A stretch of DNA of 64,000 nt, from positions 24,802,001 through 24,866,000 of the forward strand of contig NC_087251.1 in NCBI RefSeq assembly GCF_037042905.1, given 5' to 3'. The notes beneath the pieces are model-generated. The model saw only the letters and a program-made list of their open reading frames with translations. It made no database searches and was not told the DNA's origin. The DNA comes from Lytechinus pictus. Taxonomy: Eukaryota. The translations under genes were made by a program, and so were the position numbers. Numbering within the stretch: position 1 is the stretch's first letter; every line of letters begins with the position of its first letter. Below, one piece after another: positions 1 to 12,000 of this stretch.

Positions 1-1255
1 ACATTCAACCATGGCAATGGCAATTCCACATGTCCAGAAAGCTATATGTACGCTACAAACCAAACTTTGTTTCAGATTCTATCATGTTACATGTACATGT
101 ACATATACACATGGCTGGAGAAAAATCTTTGAAAATACAAACCACCCTGCCTAACTAAGTCAAATCTTTTGGACTACAGAATCAGAAATCTGTTTGACTT
201 AGAAGAGGTATAACACATAACTTTTGTGAATAATTTGGTTTAAAGGCGATTATTCGTCTAATGGAAGGTCGACGATTGACTTAATCAGAGTTACCTGTAC
301 TTAATATTAATACATTGACATAGCGAAAGCGGGTGGACGAACTTTAGACATTGGTTCCCTTAGGTTTTTGGAAGTTTTGGTACTTTGTGAAATTCCTATA
401 CGAAATTTAAAAATTAACTTAAGATGTCACAACTTTTTAGTTATTTCATTATAAATTTATATCTGGCCATGCGTTTTGAGTTGGGCCCATTTCCGTTACA
501 ACTCAAATTTTCCTCCAAAATCACACTGTTTCATACAATTGCATTTTTTTCTTATGTTTGACATCCTATACCCATAAAGTATATATATTCTGAAAGGGAA
601 TTGTCTGAGGAATTCAAAAATGCAATCAGAAAAGGCATAGGGTAATGTCATAAAAAGTTAAAGGTCAAAATATGTGAAAAACTGTGAAAACATATACTTC
701 CCAATAAATCTTAAAATCAGAAAAACTTTACACCCTATATGAAAATAACATGCATATTTCAACTCTTTAGAGTGAGGCCTTTCCAATGATATATAACTTG
801 TTAGGGATAACTTTTACCAAAATAATTTTAAGCGATCATCTTTTAAGACAAAATTTTACATCACAATTTTTCGGGTAAATATGTAACAATACTTGATTTA
901 CCCCAAAAATATTATGTAGTCTTGCCTGTAGTTGCATAAATACAGTTTGCAAACACTAACCAGTATATTATAATATATTTACTGTGGTTATTATGAATAA
1001 AAAATTATTTTATTTGACTCAAATCGTGGGATTTGTCATCTCTTGGCTCAAAGATCAGTGGACCAAAGGTTGACAACTGAGAGTCAGGTTTAACATAAAT
1101 ATAGAAAAGATATGAATGCACAATGAAAACTTCTCATAACTGGTTTAGCTTAAACTTAGTGTGAACAAAAACAACTAACATGTTATAAATAAATCCATTT
1201 ATCTATCACCTGGCAAAAATACTTTGATTATGTTATTTTATAGTGTTATACATGT

Positions 1256-4145
1256 GGGCATTTTCACGGTAACTGACATTACATGGCACAATGTTTTCAC
1301 ACCTTTCATTGTGTGTATCTCTAAAACAACAAATGATGGGAGTTTGCTTTTGATAGAGTTAATAAAGTGAACCTTGCTGTATACTCTGATACTAAGTTTT
1401 TCTATGTAACCACATTTTTTTACGCATCAGCAAGCAAAAATGTGTCGGTAACTGACATTACGAAAAAGGACATGCAATTTTAGGGTGTTCATTGAAATTG
1501 AAATATCTCATGTCCCTGAGTAGATAGAGTAATAATTTGAATATGTAAATATACCTCCGTTACTAGGTTAAGATGTGTCAAAATATTAGACAATTAGTTT
1601 TTGTCTTTTGAGGGCTATGATAATTTTTCCGCAACCATGCTGGTAACTGACATTACGGTAACTGACATTACACTTAATTTGCCATAGAGATAACACATGG
1701 AAGTCAAATGTGTGGAATCATTGCATTGTATCTTCTGTGCAGTGCTTCACATGAAAGTGAGCTTGGTGTGGAAGTATACCCGAGTTTCTAGGAACATTTC
1801 AATGAATTTTATTTTTCTTTTTCTTAATTCCATTCTTTGATTTGAACATTTTTATCAAATTTGTCAGTAACTGACAATGCACATTGACATTTACCAGTGC
1901 TATATTATTTTCAAAGGCATAATTTTCTTGGTACTTATATGTGAGGCTTTTTAAAATCATAAAAGTTTCATAATAATTCACATTTTTAATTATCAAAAGA
2001 TAAGAAATTTATGTTTTACTTACTCGGGGGGGGGGGGGGGGGGGTCATAGCAGCTACATGTTTTGCTATAGTAATTTAATATTGCATTGACTGTACACAT
2101 GGATTTTTCGGACTATACACCCATAATATATTCATCAGTTTTATATCGACTTTTTAAACCTTTTCCTTCTCCAACCTCCCCCTCCCCTCAAAAAAGGCAA
2201 AATGAATAAGGGTCTCCTCCCCTAGGCTACACGTACCCCTCCCCCGAATCTCATGCAGCCATGTAGTTTTATTGATTTCTATTCTGGTCAGTGCAAGCAA
2301 TGCTTGTTCATATCTGTCGGATTTCTATTCTCTTCATAATTTGTTTAATCATTTTCTTTGCTAATTTCTTTTTTAAGCTGTCAACAAAAAATAAACTCCA
2401 GCTTCTAAACTGAAACTGAACTATTTGTAAATTAGAAAAAAAAAAAGTTTTAGTAGATCCATGCAACATTGATCAGAACTGTCAAATTTCACTTTTCCTC
2501 TATACTTATGAACCAAAAACAAAAATTGTATCACACATCCACACTACTAACAGGCATAAAAACCAGAAATTTACTTTTAGCGAGGCAATGCTCAAAAGAA
2601 TCCTAGAAACTAAAAAAGCGACCCGGGAAATCCCCTTCATCACAATGTTAAGCTTAAAAAATACTGCAGATTTAGGCAATACAATAGCAAGCTCCTTCTG
2701 GTGTGACTTTTAACCCTAAAAAGACTGGGGGGGGGGGCTGATTCAGCCCCCACCCTCGACATTTTTCGCGATAAATCCGCCGTGCCAATTTTTTTGACCG
2801 GGTCACTCGCTGACTTTTTACTTTCAAGTCTCGCGCAACTTTTGAGACCAAAATTGTGACCCCCGGGTACGCGGTTCCAAAATTACACAACATTTCGTAA
2901 GTGCATGCAGACCTAAAATTACTCAAAAACGTGAATTTGTGTACAAATCCAATGCAAATGGTGTTTTTAGCCAAAATTCATAAATGTATCATTATTTTTA
3001 CTTTTACTGCTTAAAATAAATAAATTTTATCTTTTTTATGGTCAAAATAAAGTCCCTGACGATTTCCATTGAAAAAACAATAAAAAACAAAAAGTCGAAA
3101 AACAAGGAGATACATAAGAAATTTAGAAAACAATAGAATACATAAGAAAATAAATGTAATGTTGAAAATTTTGAAAAATAAATTTGATCAGATGCCTATC
3201 TAGAGTATGTGAAACAAAAATAAGCATTTTAGGTGCATTATTTTATTAATTAGAGCAAACTTATGATTTTACGCATAAATTAGCATAATTAATGAGCAAT
3301 GAAATTTTTCGCAAAATTTGATTTTATAGTTTTGTAGATAATGCCATGGGTAATGCGCGTGCCAATTTTTGTCGTGATCGCGCAATCGACGGCCGAGATC
3401 ATAAGGGGGGGCTGAATCAGCCCCCCCCCCAGTCTTCTTAGGCGTTGAAATAGCCCAGTCTATTAAAGTGAAAGACTTGAATAACAAGTATACAATATTT
3501 CTTCACCATAAAATTGACCACATATTTGCATTTCAATATTGGTAACCAACGTTTTATCATGGTAACTGACATTACATATCGGTAACTGACATTACATTTT
3601 CCACTTGGTAACTGACATTACATATATTCAATGGTACGCTATGGCTTCATTGTTAATTGGTAATCTTTAATTTTGGTGTAGAAGGGAGGGGTGTTACCTA
3701 GAGAGGAAATCCACCAAGTTTCATATAATATATCCTCTTTTCCAGGAAATGAGAAAAAAAAGTTAATGTTTTCGGTAACTGACATTACATACCATATCAC
3801 ATATTTCATCAATGTTTTTTTATCAGATGAATGAATTACTGGTGTTTCTTTCTGTGGGATTTTAAAAAGTGTTATAATAGCAAGCTAAATCACAGGCGAA
3901 AACATCATGATCAAACCTGTTCTTTAAAAATCTGTCAAAACAAATTATGTATCAATATACTATTTTCAACACTAATTTGTATCCATATATTGGCAGCCAT
4001 TTTGAAATAAAAAATGGCTGCCAGAGTCGGAAAATTTTTTTGTCTCAGAAACTTCAGGTCTTGTATTATTAAAAAACATAAAGCATTTGACATGAATATC
4101 AACTTGATTTTTTTGCCTCTGTGTCCATCTGTGGTGAAAATGCCC
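1256..4145. mobile_element. Non-autonomous TIR DNA transposon (Sola2-like by GRG termini and 4-bp TSD)
   Basis: 12-bp TIRs GGGCATTTTCAC (1256-1267) and GTGAAAATGCCC (4134-4145), flanked by ATGT on both sides (1252-1255, 4146-4149). Eight exact GGTAACTGACATTAC motifs at 1268, 1447, 1642, 1657, 3561, 3581, 3607, 3774. No transposase ORF seen. Superfamily is inferred. Confidence 0.65.
2710..3471. mobile_element. Nested non-autonomous TTAA-CCC (piggyBac-like) element
   Basis: Starts TTAACCCTAAAAAGACTGGG and ends with a degenerate inverted CCCAGTCTATTAAAGTGAA. GGGGGCTGA(T/A)TCAGCCCCC hairpins lie near both ends. Sits inside the 1256-4145 element. Confidence 0.55.
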
Positions 4146-4200
4146 ATGTATGTATTTTAAATATATCCTCTTGCAGGACATGGTCTCTTGGTCGTACTGG

Positions 4201-4988
4201 TACTGGTAAATGAAGTAATCTCGTGTATTCCTTTAATCTTTAAAGTAATTGGTATAAAGATTTCCTTTAATGTGATACCAAATGCCAATACAAAACACAT
4301 TCTATGGGTACAATTGCTTCTGTTTAGAGTTATCTTTGTACCAGTGTCGTTCTCAAGTAGGTTTTTGATAATTGGGAAAAATATTCTCTGAACACTTTTG
4401 TGCCAGCCAAATGTGTCATCTACTGATTCATAGACGCAGTGTGATGTAACATTAAGAAAAAAAGAGTTAAAAAATAGATCAGATGAGGTCTTTATTGCTC
4501 CAAACAAGTTTTCAGCAATCAAAATTGCATAAAAGGTGTACTGGTGTTTATGTTACCAGAATAATCTGAAGATTCGAACACATTGAAGTCATCACTGTCA
4601 GTCTAAACTGTCAAAATTGAAACCATGAGGTCATAATTAACAATAAATTGATTTCTCTCTGAAGTCTTTAGTTTGTGCTTTTCCCTTTGAAATTTTTGCA
4701 GCTTCTAAATTTTATTTAAGGTGTAACCCACAACTATACTTTATCTCTCCTCATTTTCTTTACATCAGACAGCCACAATTTCAATCGTGTTAATTTCATG
4801 ATTGACATCAATTACTTATACTATTATTTAGCTTAATTAGGTATCCTTTAAACTAATTTGACCCACCATGCAAAAAAGGCCAATTGATGTTACATAATTG
4901 CTAATTACTGGTAAATGAAGTAATCTCGTGTATTCCTTTAATCTTTAAAGTAATTGGTATAAAGATTTCCTTTAATGTGATACCAAAT
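4201..4988 (+). repeat. 83-bp exact direct repeat (4201-4283 and 4906-4988)
   Basis: TACTGGTAAATGAAGTAATCTCG...GTGATACCAAAT occurs twice, 705 bp apart. Confidence 0.85.
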
Positions 4989-5847
4989 ATACCCATGTAG
5001 CACATGTATTTCAAGTTTTATAACATTAATCATGTCTGTGCTTGTCATGCAAATGTAACAATACCAGTTACCACCTATTTCATGTATTTGCGCATCATAA
5101 CCTTGTTCATTGAATGAGTGTATTTGCGGGCCCAACATAAAACGCAAGGCCATCTCTTGTTAAATATGTTAAATATGGACTTCCTTCCCAATTAATTATT
5201 TATCTAGGGAATTCGGATAACTAGGCCAATCATTACCCTCTTTGTCCAGATCGATGTCATTGGGGACAAATTCCCTTATCCATTCTTCACAGAGCTCCAA
5301 CTCACTGTCCTCCACCAACTCCCCGATGTTTTCATTTCCGAGTGATTGCGCAATCCTTTTCTCTATTCGCCACACACACGGGAACTCATGCGACATCGAC
5401 ATTTTTGTGTGCTTAGGCTTTAGCTTCAGTTACTGATAATATAGGATCCTTTTTTCTAAAAACAAAGATAACGGTTTCATAAAATGTTGGCTGAATAACT
5501 CACGAAACTCAAAATTCGATATAATCAATGATCTATCACTGAAAATATCAGAACTTAATGAAGCCGGGATTCAATGAAAAACACTGCCAGCGTGTTGATG
5601 CTATGGCCATGGGCGCTGCCATATTGTCTGAATGAAAAATATACTGCCATCAACGATCTGTCTGTAATATAGTTTGTGTTTCACAAAATATGTTATTCCT
5701 CCGCGCATATTAAAGTATTAAATCAACATTAAAATCGTTTAATTATGCGTTTTTATTTCAATAATCCTTTGAATATTGTTTTTCGGATTTCCTTTAGTTC
5801 AAAATTTCTCAATATTTGAGCCTGGATAAAGAACTATATTATACGTT

Positions 5848-5860
5848 GTTGCTATGGTGC
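5848..5860 (+). promoter_or_regulatory. Putative RFX X-box upstream of DRC7
   Basis: GTTGCTATGGTGC about 170 bp upstream of the DRC7 ATG, with a strong GTTGCYATGG half-site. RFX control of motile-cilia genes is established; function of this site is inferred. Confidence 0.5.
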
Positions 5861-6023
5861 AGGGATATCTGTATACAATAAGCTGTGAGTAGACGTCAGA
5901 CTAGACCGTGATGTCGTGCAGAGCTAGCGTTCAAAACAAATGTCAATTCGACCTTTCCATTTTTCTTAAAATATTAAACAAATCAGTAACTTTTAGAGGG
6001 TAATTTCCTGAGAAATTTCTGTC

Positions 6024-9000
6024 ATGGAAGGAGTAGGAGATGGTCCATCTATAGTTGTTGACAGTGGAGTTGATGATGGGACAATTTTAGAAGAGGGAAC
6101 TGGCACAGAGAATGAGATTCCAGCTGATGCTTTGGCAGCAGTCGGCGAGTTGAAAGACGAGCTTGACCAGATTGTTTTAGAACCTCCTAAAATAGACATG
6201 TAAGGATGAATTGCATTTGTATGAAAAGGGTTAACATTTAGACTTAACAATGAATACAAATTAAACCATAATCGGCAAGAGTTCCATATGCACCCCCACT
6301 AAAATTGAAAATAAAAACGTGGAGAAGGGACTAAAGGTGAATGCACACAGAGCAAAAAATTTCACCCTTTTGACCAAAATCATTAAATTTGGATAATGGG
6401 ATCATGCGGTGAAAAGCCTTTTCACCGCATTCACACAGCCAAAAATGGTCATAGTTTTGAGGAAAAAATCAAAGTTCAATGCATTTCTGACATGATCCCG
6501 TTATCCAAATTTAATGATTTTGGTATCAAATTAAAGAGAATAAATACCCGGTACCGGTACTCCAATTCCAAATAACCTCCTTACAACATGCCTTAGTTTA
6601 CATGTCGTTGGGTTACTGCCATAATTTTGATGTGGCAATAAAAAAAGAAGTTCAGAGTTTTGTATCTTGTGAATAAATGTAGGCCTATTAGGCTATAGGC
6701 CTACCATATTTTGTAAACCATATTTTGTAAACTGGTGGGTTTTTGTAATAATTGCAAATCCAATGGAAGTACGGTACTCATTTTTCACATTTCCTTTAGG
6801 ATCAAGTGTCAGAATTAATTTCAAAATACCCTTCCTCTATCACTTTAGAATTAAAGTAGAAAGACCAAATGCAAAACTGCACACAAAATATCTGCACTCT
6901 GTGTGTGGTCGTGTGTTTCAGCTGCGTGTGTGTTGTGACAAATTATACTACAGTCTACAGTCAGAGCCTAGTATTGGGAGCATTTGGCTGAATTTCATTC
7001 AAAATTCATTTTATTATTACTCTAAAACCGATTCATGGATTACTATGAAATTTGGTAGATTTCTATTTTGAACTATTTTCATCAAGATCTGAAAAAGATC
7101 AGACAGTCCAATGAAGTGGATGATGAGATAGAAATATATTGCGGTCTCCCTAATATCTAGACCTAATAATATAGAATATATATGATGGAGGAGTGGAAAT
7201 ACATACCAAAATATGGCTTTATTCCGTCAAATTTTGAGCAGGATCTAGTGCATGTAATTGTCCATAGACATTGGTTTATTTAGTCAGTGAAGGGTCTGTG
7301 AGTCTAGACTAGTCAACCTATTGGCTGATAATCATTAAAATACCCCTTTCAGTATCAGCGCTTCTCACTAGTATAGTGGGAAGAGGTCTAGACTGCAGAT
7401 AAAATGAGGTGAGTCCCAACTAAGGTAAGCAAGAGTGAAAAATTGATAGAAAAATCTGAAGTGAACGAACCGGAAGTCTCAACAATCTTTTGTTATTTTT
7501 GGTGGGGGTGCATATGGAACTTTTTCCCCATAATCAATTTAATATTGAAGTAAGGCCGCCGAACATTGAGGTTCCATGCACCTACCACCCAAAATGACAA
7601 TTGTCGAGACTTGTCTTCAGAAGTTCAGGTTTGTTCACTTCATATTTCTCTAACTTTTGTCAGGCCTGTCTTTTTTTTTTAGTGTTTCTTACCTTGCTTG
7701 GGACTCTAACAAAACCAATGTAGCTGCTGTCAAGACCTCTATCCGCTATGCTAGCGGAAAATAAATAAAGAATTTGAAAATGTACTTTTTGACCATTTTC
7801 CATCTTTTTATTTAAACTCCCTTGGAAGGATGTTGCGAAGTTCTATCTTTAAAGTATCTGAAATTATTTTCTGATGCATACAGTAGCACTCACAGTCTTA
7901 AATGCAAGGCGGGTCATTAATACTATCACTCACTATATGAAGGATTTTGGAATTTTCCATTGAAAAAGTTTCAGAAGTCCACTCTATCTCCTTTGTGAAT
8001 TCAAGAATTTATGTTTATTCAATTTTTTTCTTAAAATCCTACAGGACTCCTTCAGACCTTCCTCTGCAAAGCTACCCTCTAACTTACAGGGAGAATGACA
8101 ACAAAGAGAAGCTGGTGTTGGCTTATGCAGAAAACTTCCGACGACAGTATGTTCATCTTTACAGAGACCGCAAACCACTTCTTCTGTGCCCTCTAAATGA
8201 GTGTGGGGTAGAAAAGTTTGTCTGTACCACAATCAGACCCACAACACTACCATACCAGGAACTTTATGACTATGACGGCTGTGCAGAATTCGTTTCTGAC
8301 TATATCACTTTTGAACCCCTTGATCCTTCTGTAGACTTGGTGAGCACCTTCAGATGTTTTGCTGATTCTTTGACTATTATGATAATTGTTTTTCACTTTG
8401 TTGAAACATGCAGGTAAAAACTACATTAAACTTCCATATTTACAATGTTTTTAGCCCTTTTTAAGCCTAAGGTATGATTTATTGCATTCATATTGTATAA
8501 AGGGGAATCTGTAGCATGTGAAAGATAGGATTCTACAATCAAGTGTAACTGCAAGTCTATAAAAGTTACAATCAAGTAAAGTTAAGCCTAGGGGTATCTC
8601 ATTTGGCAGTTCTTCAAATGCAATATTTTTTGGGAAAAACATTCAAGAATAGAAAAGATAGGAAAATATTGACAGGTCATTTGATTTCCACTGAGATGAA
8701 ATTGTATTTATGCCCGTTATTCACTGTGGCTTTTAGAACTTCCATCACAAAGCTCTTTTTTCTATATATGTACAGAAATATTTCAAAATCTATGTCAGAC
8801 TTGAATATACATGTATGTTGTTCTTTTCTTCTCCCTAAAAGCCCAAATCATTACTATCTTCAACCACCGTACTGAGAAGACAGAGGGGGAACTGCTTTGA
8901 GATGAGTACATTGCTGTGCTCTTTGCTACTCGGAGCTGGTTATGATGCTTATGTAGTCTGTGGCTATGCAACAAGAGAGATGACACTATGTGATGAAACC

Positions 9001-12000
9001 AGAGAAATATGCCCACTCTTGAAGAAGAAGAATGAGGTAAGTGTGCATTTGTTCAAGTGTGCATGTGTTCATGTCTATTTTGATTAATGAAATATGGAAT
9101 TTTTTTTAATGTGAAATACAGTATCTTTTAGAAATTCTGAAATATATTCTAAAAAATATTTTTATGATAAGTTACTGGTTGAATTGAAGAGAATTCTACA
9201 GAGGGATAATTCTATCCAGTCTCACCCCCATATTTAGAAGTTCCTAAAATGTGGAAGTTACGGAAATCTATTTTACTTATTCATGAATATTAAAACTTAT
9301 AATGCTCTCATGGCTTGAGAAGTTTGTGAAGTGAATTTAAATTTAGAAAAACTTTGGTCAGATGAAAATGTAATTAATTCCTGTAACTCTTGCATCACTT
9401 TGTTCAATGAAATGATAAACTGAAGGATCAATCTCATGTCTTTGGCTTGAAGGTGAAAAAGGAAGAGAAAAAGAAGGAGATGAAGAAATATTCAGTAAAA
9501 CCTCCTAAGGATCTCAGAAGTAAGTTCATCTTGGAAATGGAAGCCAGGAAAGAGGCTGAACAAGCTAAAGAAGAGGAACAGAGGAAAAAGGAGATGGAAG
9601 AAAAACAGGAGGTGAGTGTCAAAGTCCTTCAACTGATCCACTCTTTCTTTCTTTGACTCATCACTTTAAAATTTTCAAATTCTTTTAGGTCTTGTGATGT
9701 TCTAATATATTCTATACTTCATGTACAAAGAATAGTTGTAGATTACTTTAATGATATTTAAATATAATTTCCTCTATTTTTCAAAAAAAAAAAAAATTGT
9801 TTATATTTGCACTATAATTATAGATGGCTATGAACAATACATTTATTAGTTCCATTATGTTTGTAGATATTGTGATGATAAACATTTGCTTGGAATTGAT
9901 TCTCATAATTGGGAGTAATAGAGTCATTGGAGTCTTGACACTGTTTTTGGAATTTACCGTTATTGGCTAGATGTGAGAATATTCTTACATGTCTTTCTAG
10001 AACTTTGAGTAGATGTATAGGTAAAGTGGAACACAGATTGATAAAGTGGTAAACAGATTAACACTTAAACATTAATTTGTCTTGTAGGAACTTGAGAAGC
10101 CACCTTCCGATGACCTGTATGGTTTAAGAGTACACTGCTGGGTACTGGTTCTTAGTGGTAAGAGAGAGGTTCCTGAAAACTTCTTCATTGAACCATTGAC
10201 CGGTAACAGCTACTCCACACAACACGACGGCTATCTTGGAATAGAATCACTCTGGAACAATCATAACTATTGGGTCAACATGCAGGACTGTTCTAATGGC
10301 TGCAAGGTAAATGCATTAGTCTTCTCATAATGGACACATATTAAGGTTGTACCATCTATTTCATGAAGCTGTTCTTAATTTACACAAGACTTTCCACATG
10401 CCTTGTAACCTGTTCTTTTGCTACATGAAAATGTATTTTCTCTGTTAACTTTGTGGGAGTGATTTTCCTAAAACCATGAATTAGAGTTTGAAAATAAGTT
10501 AGTTCCATCAGATGTTTATTAACAATAATTTGATCTCCAAAGAACTGATTTCAACAAGCTGACATGAATAAAAAGTATTGTGAATCTGATTTTGCACCAA
10601 AGAACAGGTTACTAGTCAGTCATATGTGAAGTCATGCGTAACTTATGAAGAGCTTAATTAAACACCAGGGGGCCGTTTCGTAAAGCTGTTCGTAAGTTAA
10701 GAGCAACTTTAAGAATGGCTGGTGATCCTTTCTTGTGCGCAAAATGATAACCCATGAACATTAATGGGGAATATCATTTACCACAAGAAAGGTGCCAGTC
10801 ATTCTGAAAGTCGTTCTTAACTTACGAACTTTATGAAATGGCCCCAGGGCTCTTTAATGGACAGACATATTGTACATAGTCTTAAACTTACAGCTTTTTG
10901 TACAATTAGTTGTCTCTTTTAAATTCTTCTGATCTTGATTTCTACTTGTTTTCATTATCAGTTTTTTTTTCTCATCAAAATATTATGTCATATGACTAGA
11001 GAATAACCATTAATACTTGGGTTAATTTATTCAACCATGGGCTTGTCAGGACTATTGCTATACCTCGGTAAATGAAATATCAAAGAATTTATTTTCTTTT
11101 GAGAAAATATTTGTTCATGTTTTAGATTTAAGTTTAAACCTACAGAATCTCAATTACATGTATGTATGAGCTTTGTAAATGAGATTAGTAAAACAGATAT
11201 TTTTCTTCAAAAGGAGAAAGTAGAAGAAATGTGGATTATTAAGTTTCATAATATTTGCAGTATCTTTTAATGAAATTAAAGTATTATTAAAGTATTATTT
11301 TGAATTTGTGAATGTAAAAAATAGTTCAAGGACAACTTTTTTTCTTATCTGTGTCAGGACTTGACCTTTGATCTTGGTGACTGTGTCAGGTGGGAGTTCA
11401 TGTTTCCAAGCAATGAGAAACCAACCCTGGATATACCTGACATGGATGAAGATGCTCTGGATTTTGATGACGATGAGGTAAGTTAAGTTTGATGTGGTTT
11501 ACGGTACACCATGTGAAGTGTTGTAGAAACAGTGGATAGGAGAAGAGAAGAAATGGATAGGCGAGAAAGTGGAGATTTGAGAGTAGAGTATTCTTTCTTG
11601 AAAGTAGTCCTGAAAAGGACTGTAAACCAGGAAAGATTGATGAGTTGAGAACAGCTTGAGTAGTAGAGCTAGTGAGGAGATGCTGGCTTGAGTCGGCGAG
11701 TAGAGATGATGAGTCTTCACTCCTGAAGACGGACAGTCAACCTGCCCGAAACGTCAAGTCTCTCTACTACTCATCATCTCTACTCGCCGACTCAAGCCAG
11801 CATCTCCTCACTAGCTCTACTACTCAAGCTGTTCTCAACTCATCAATCTTTCCTGGTTTACAGTCCTTTTCAGGACTACTTTCAAGAAAGAATACTCTAC
11901 TCTCAAATCTCCACTTTCTCGCCTATCCATTTCTTCTCTTCTCCTATCCACTGTTTCTACAACACTTCACATGGTGTACCGTAAACCACATCAGCGATTG

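Noticed and set aside
1268..3788. Repeated GGTAACTGACATTAC as a CRISPR array
   Set aside because: The repeat is only 15 bp, spacing is highly irregular, there are no cas genes, and the context is eukaryotic and inside a TIR element.
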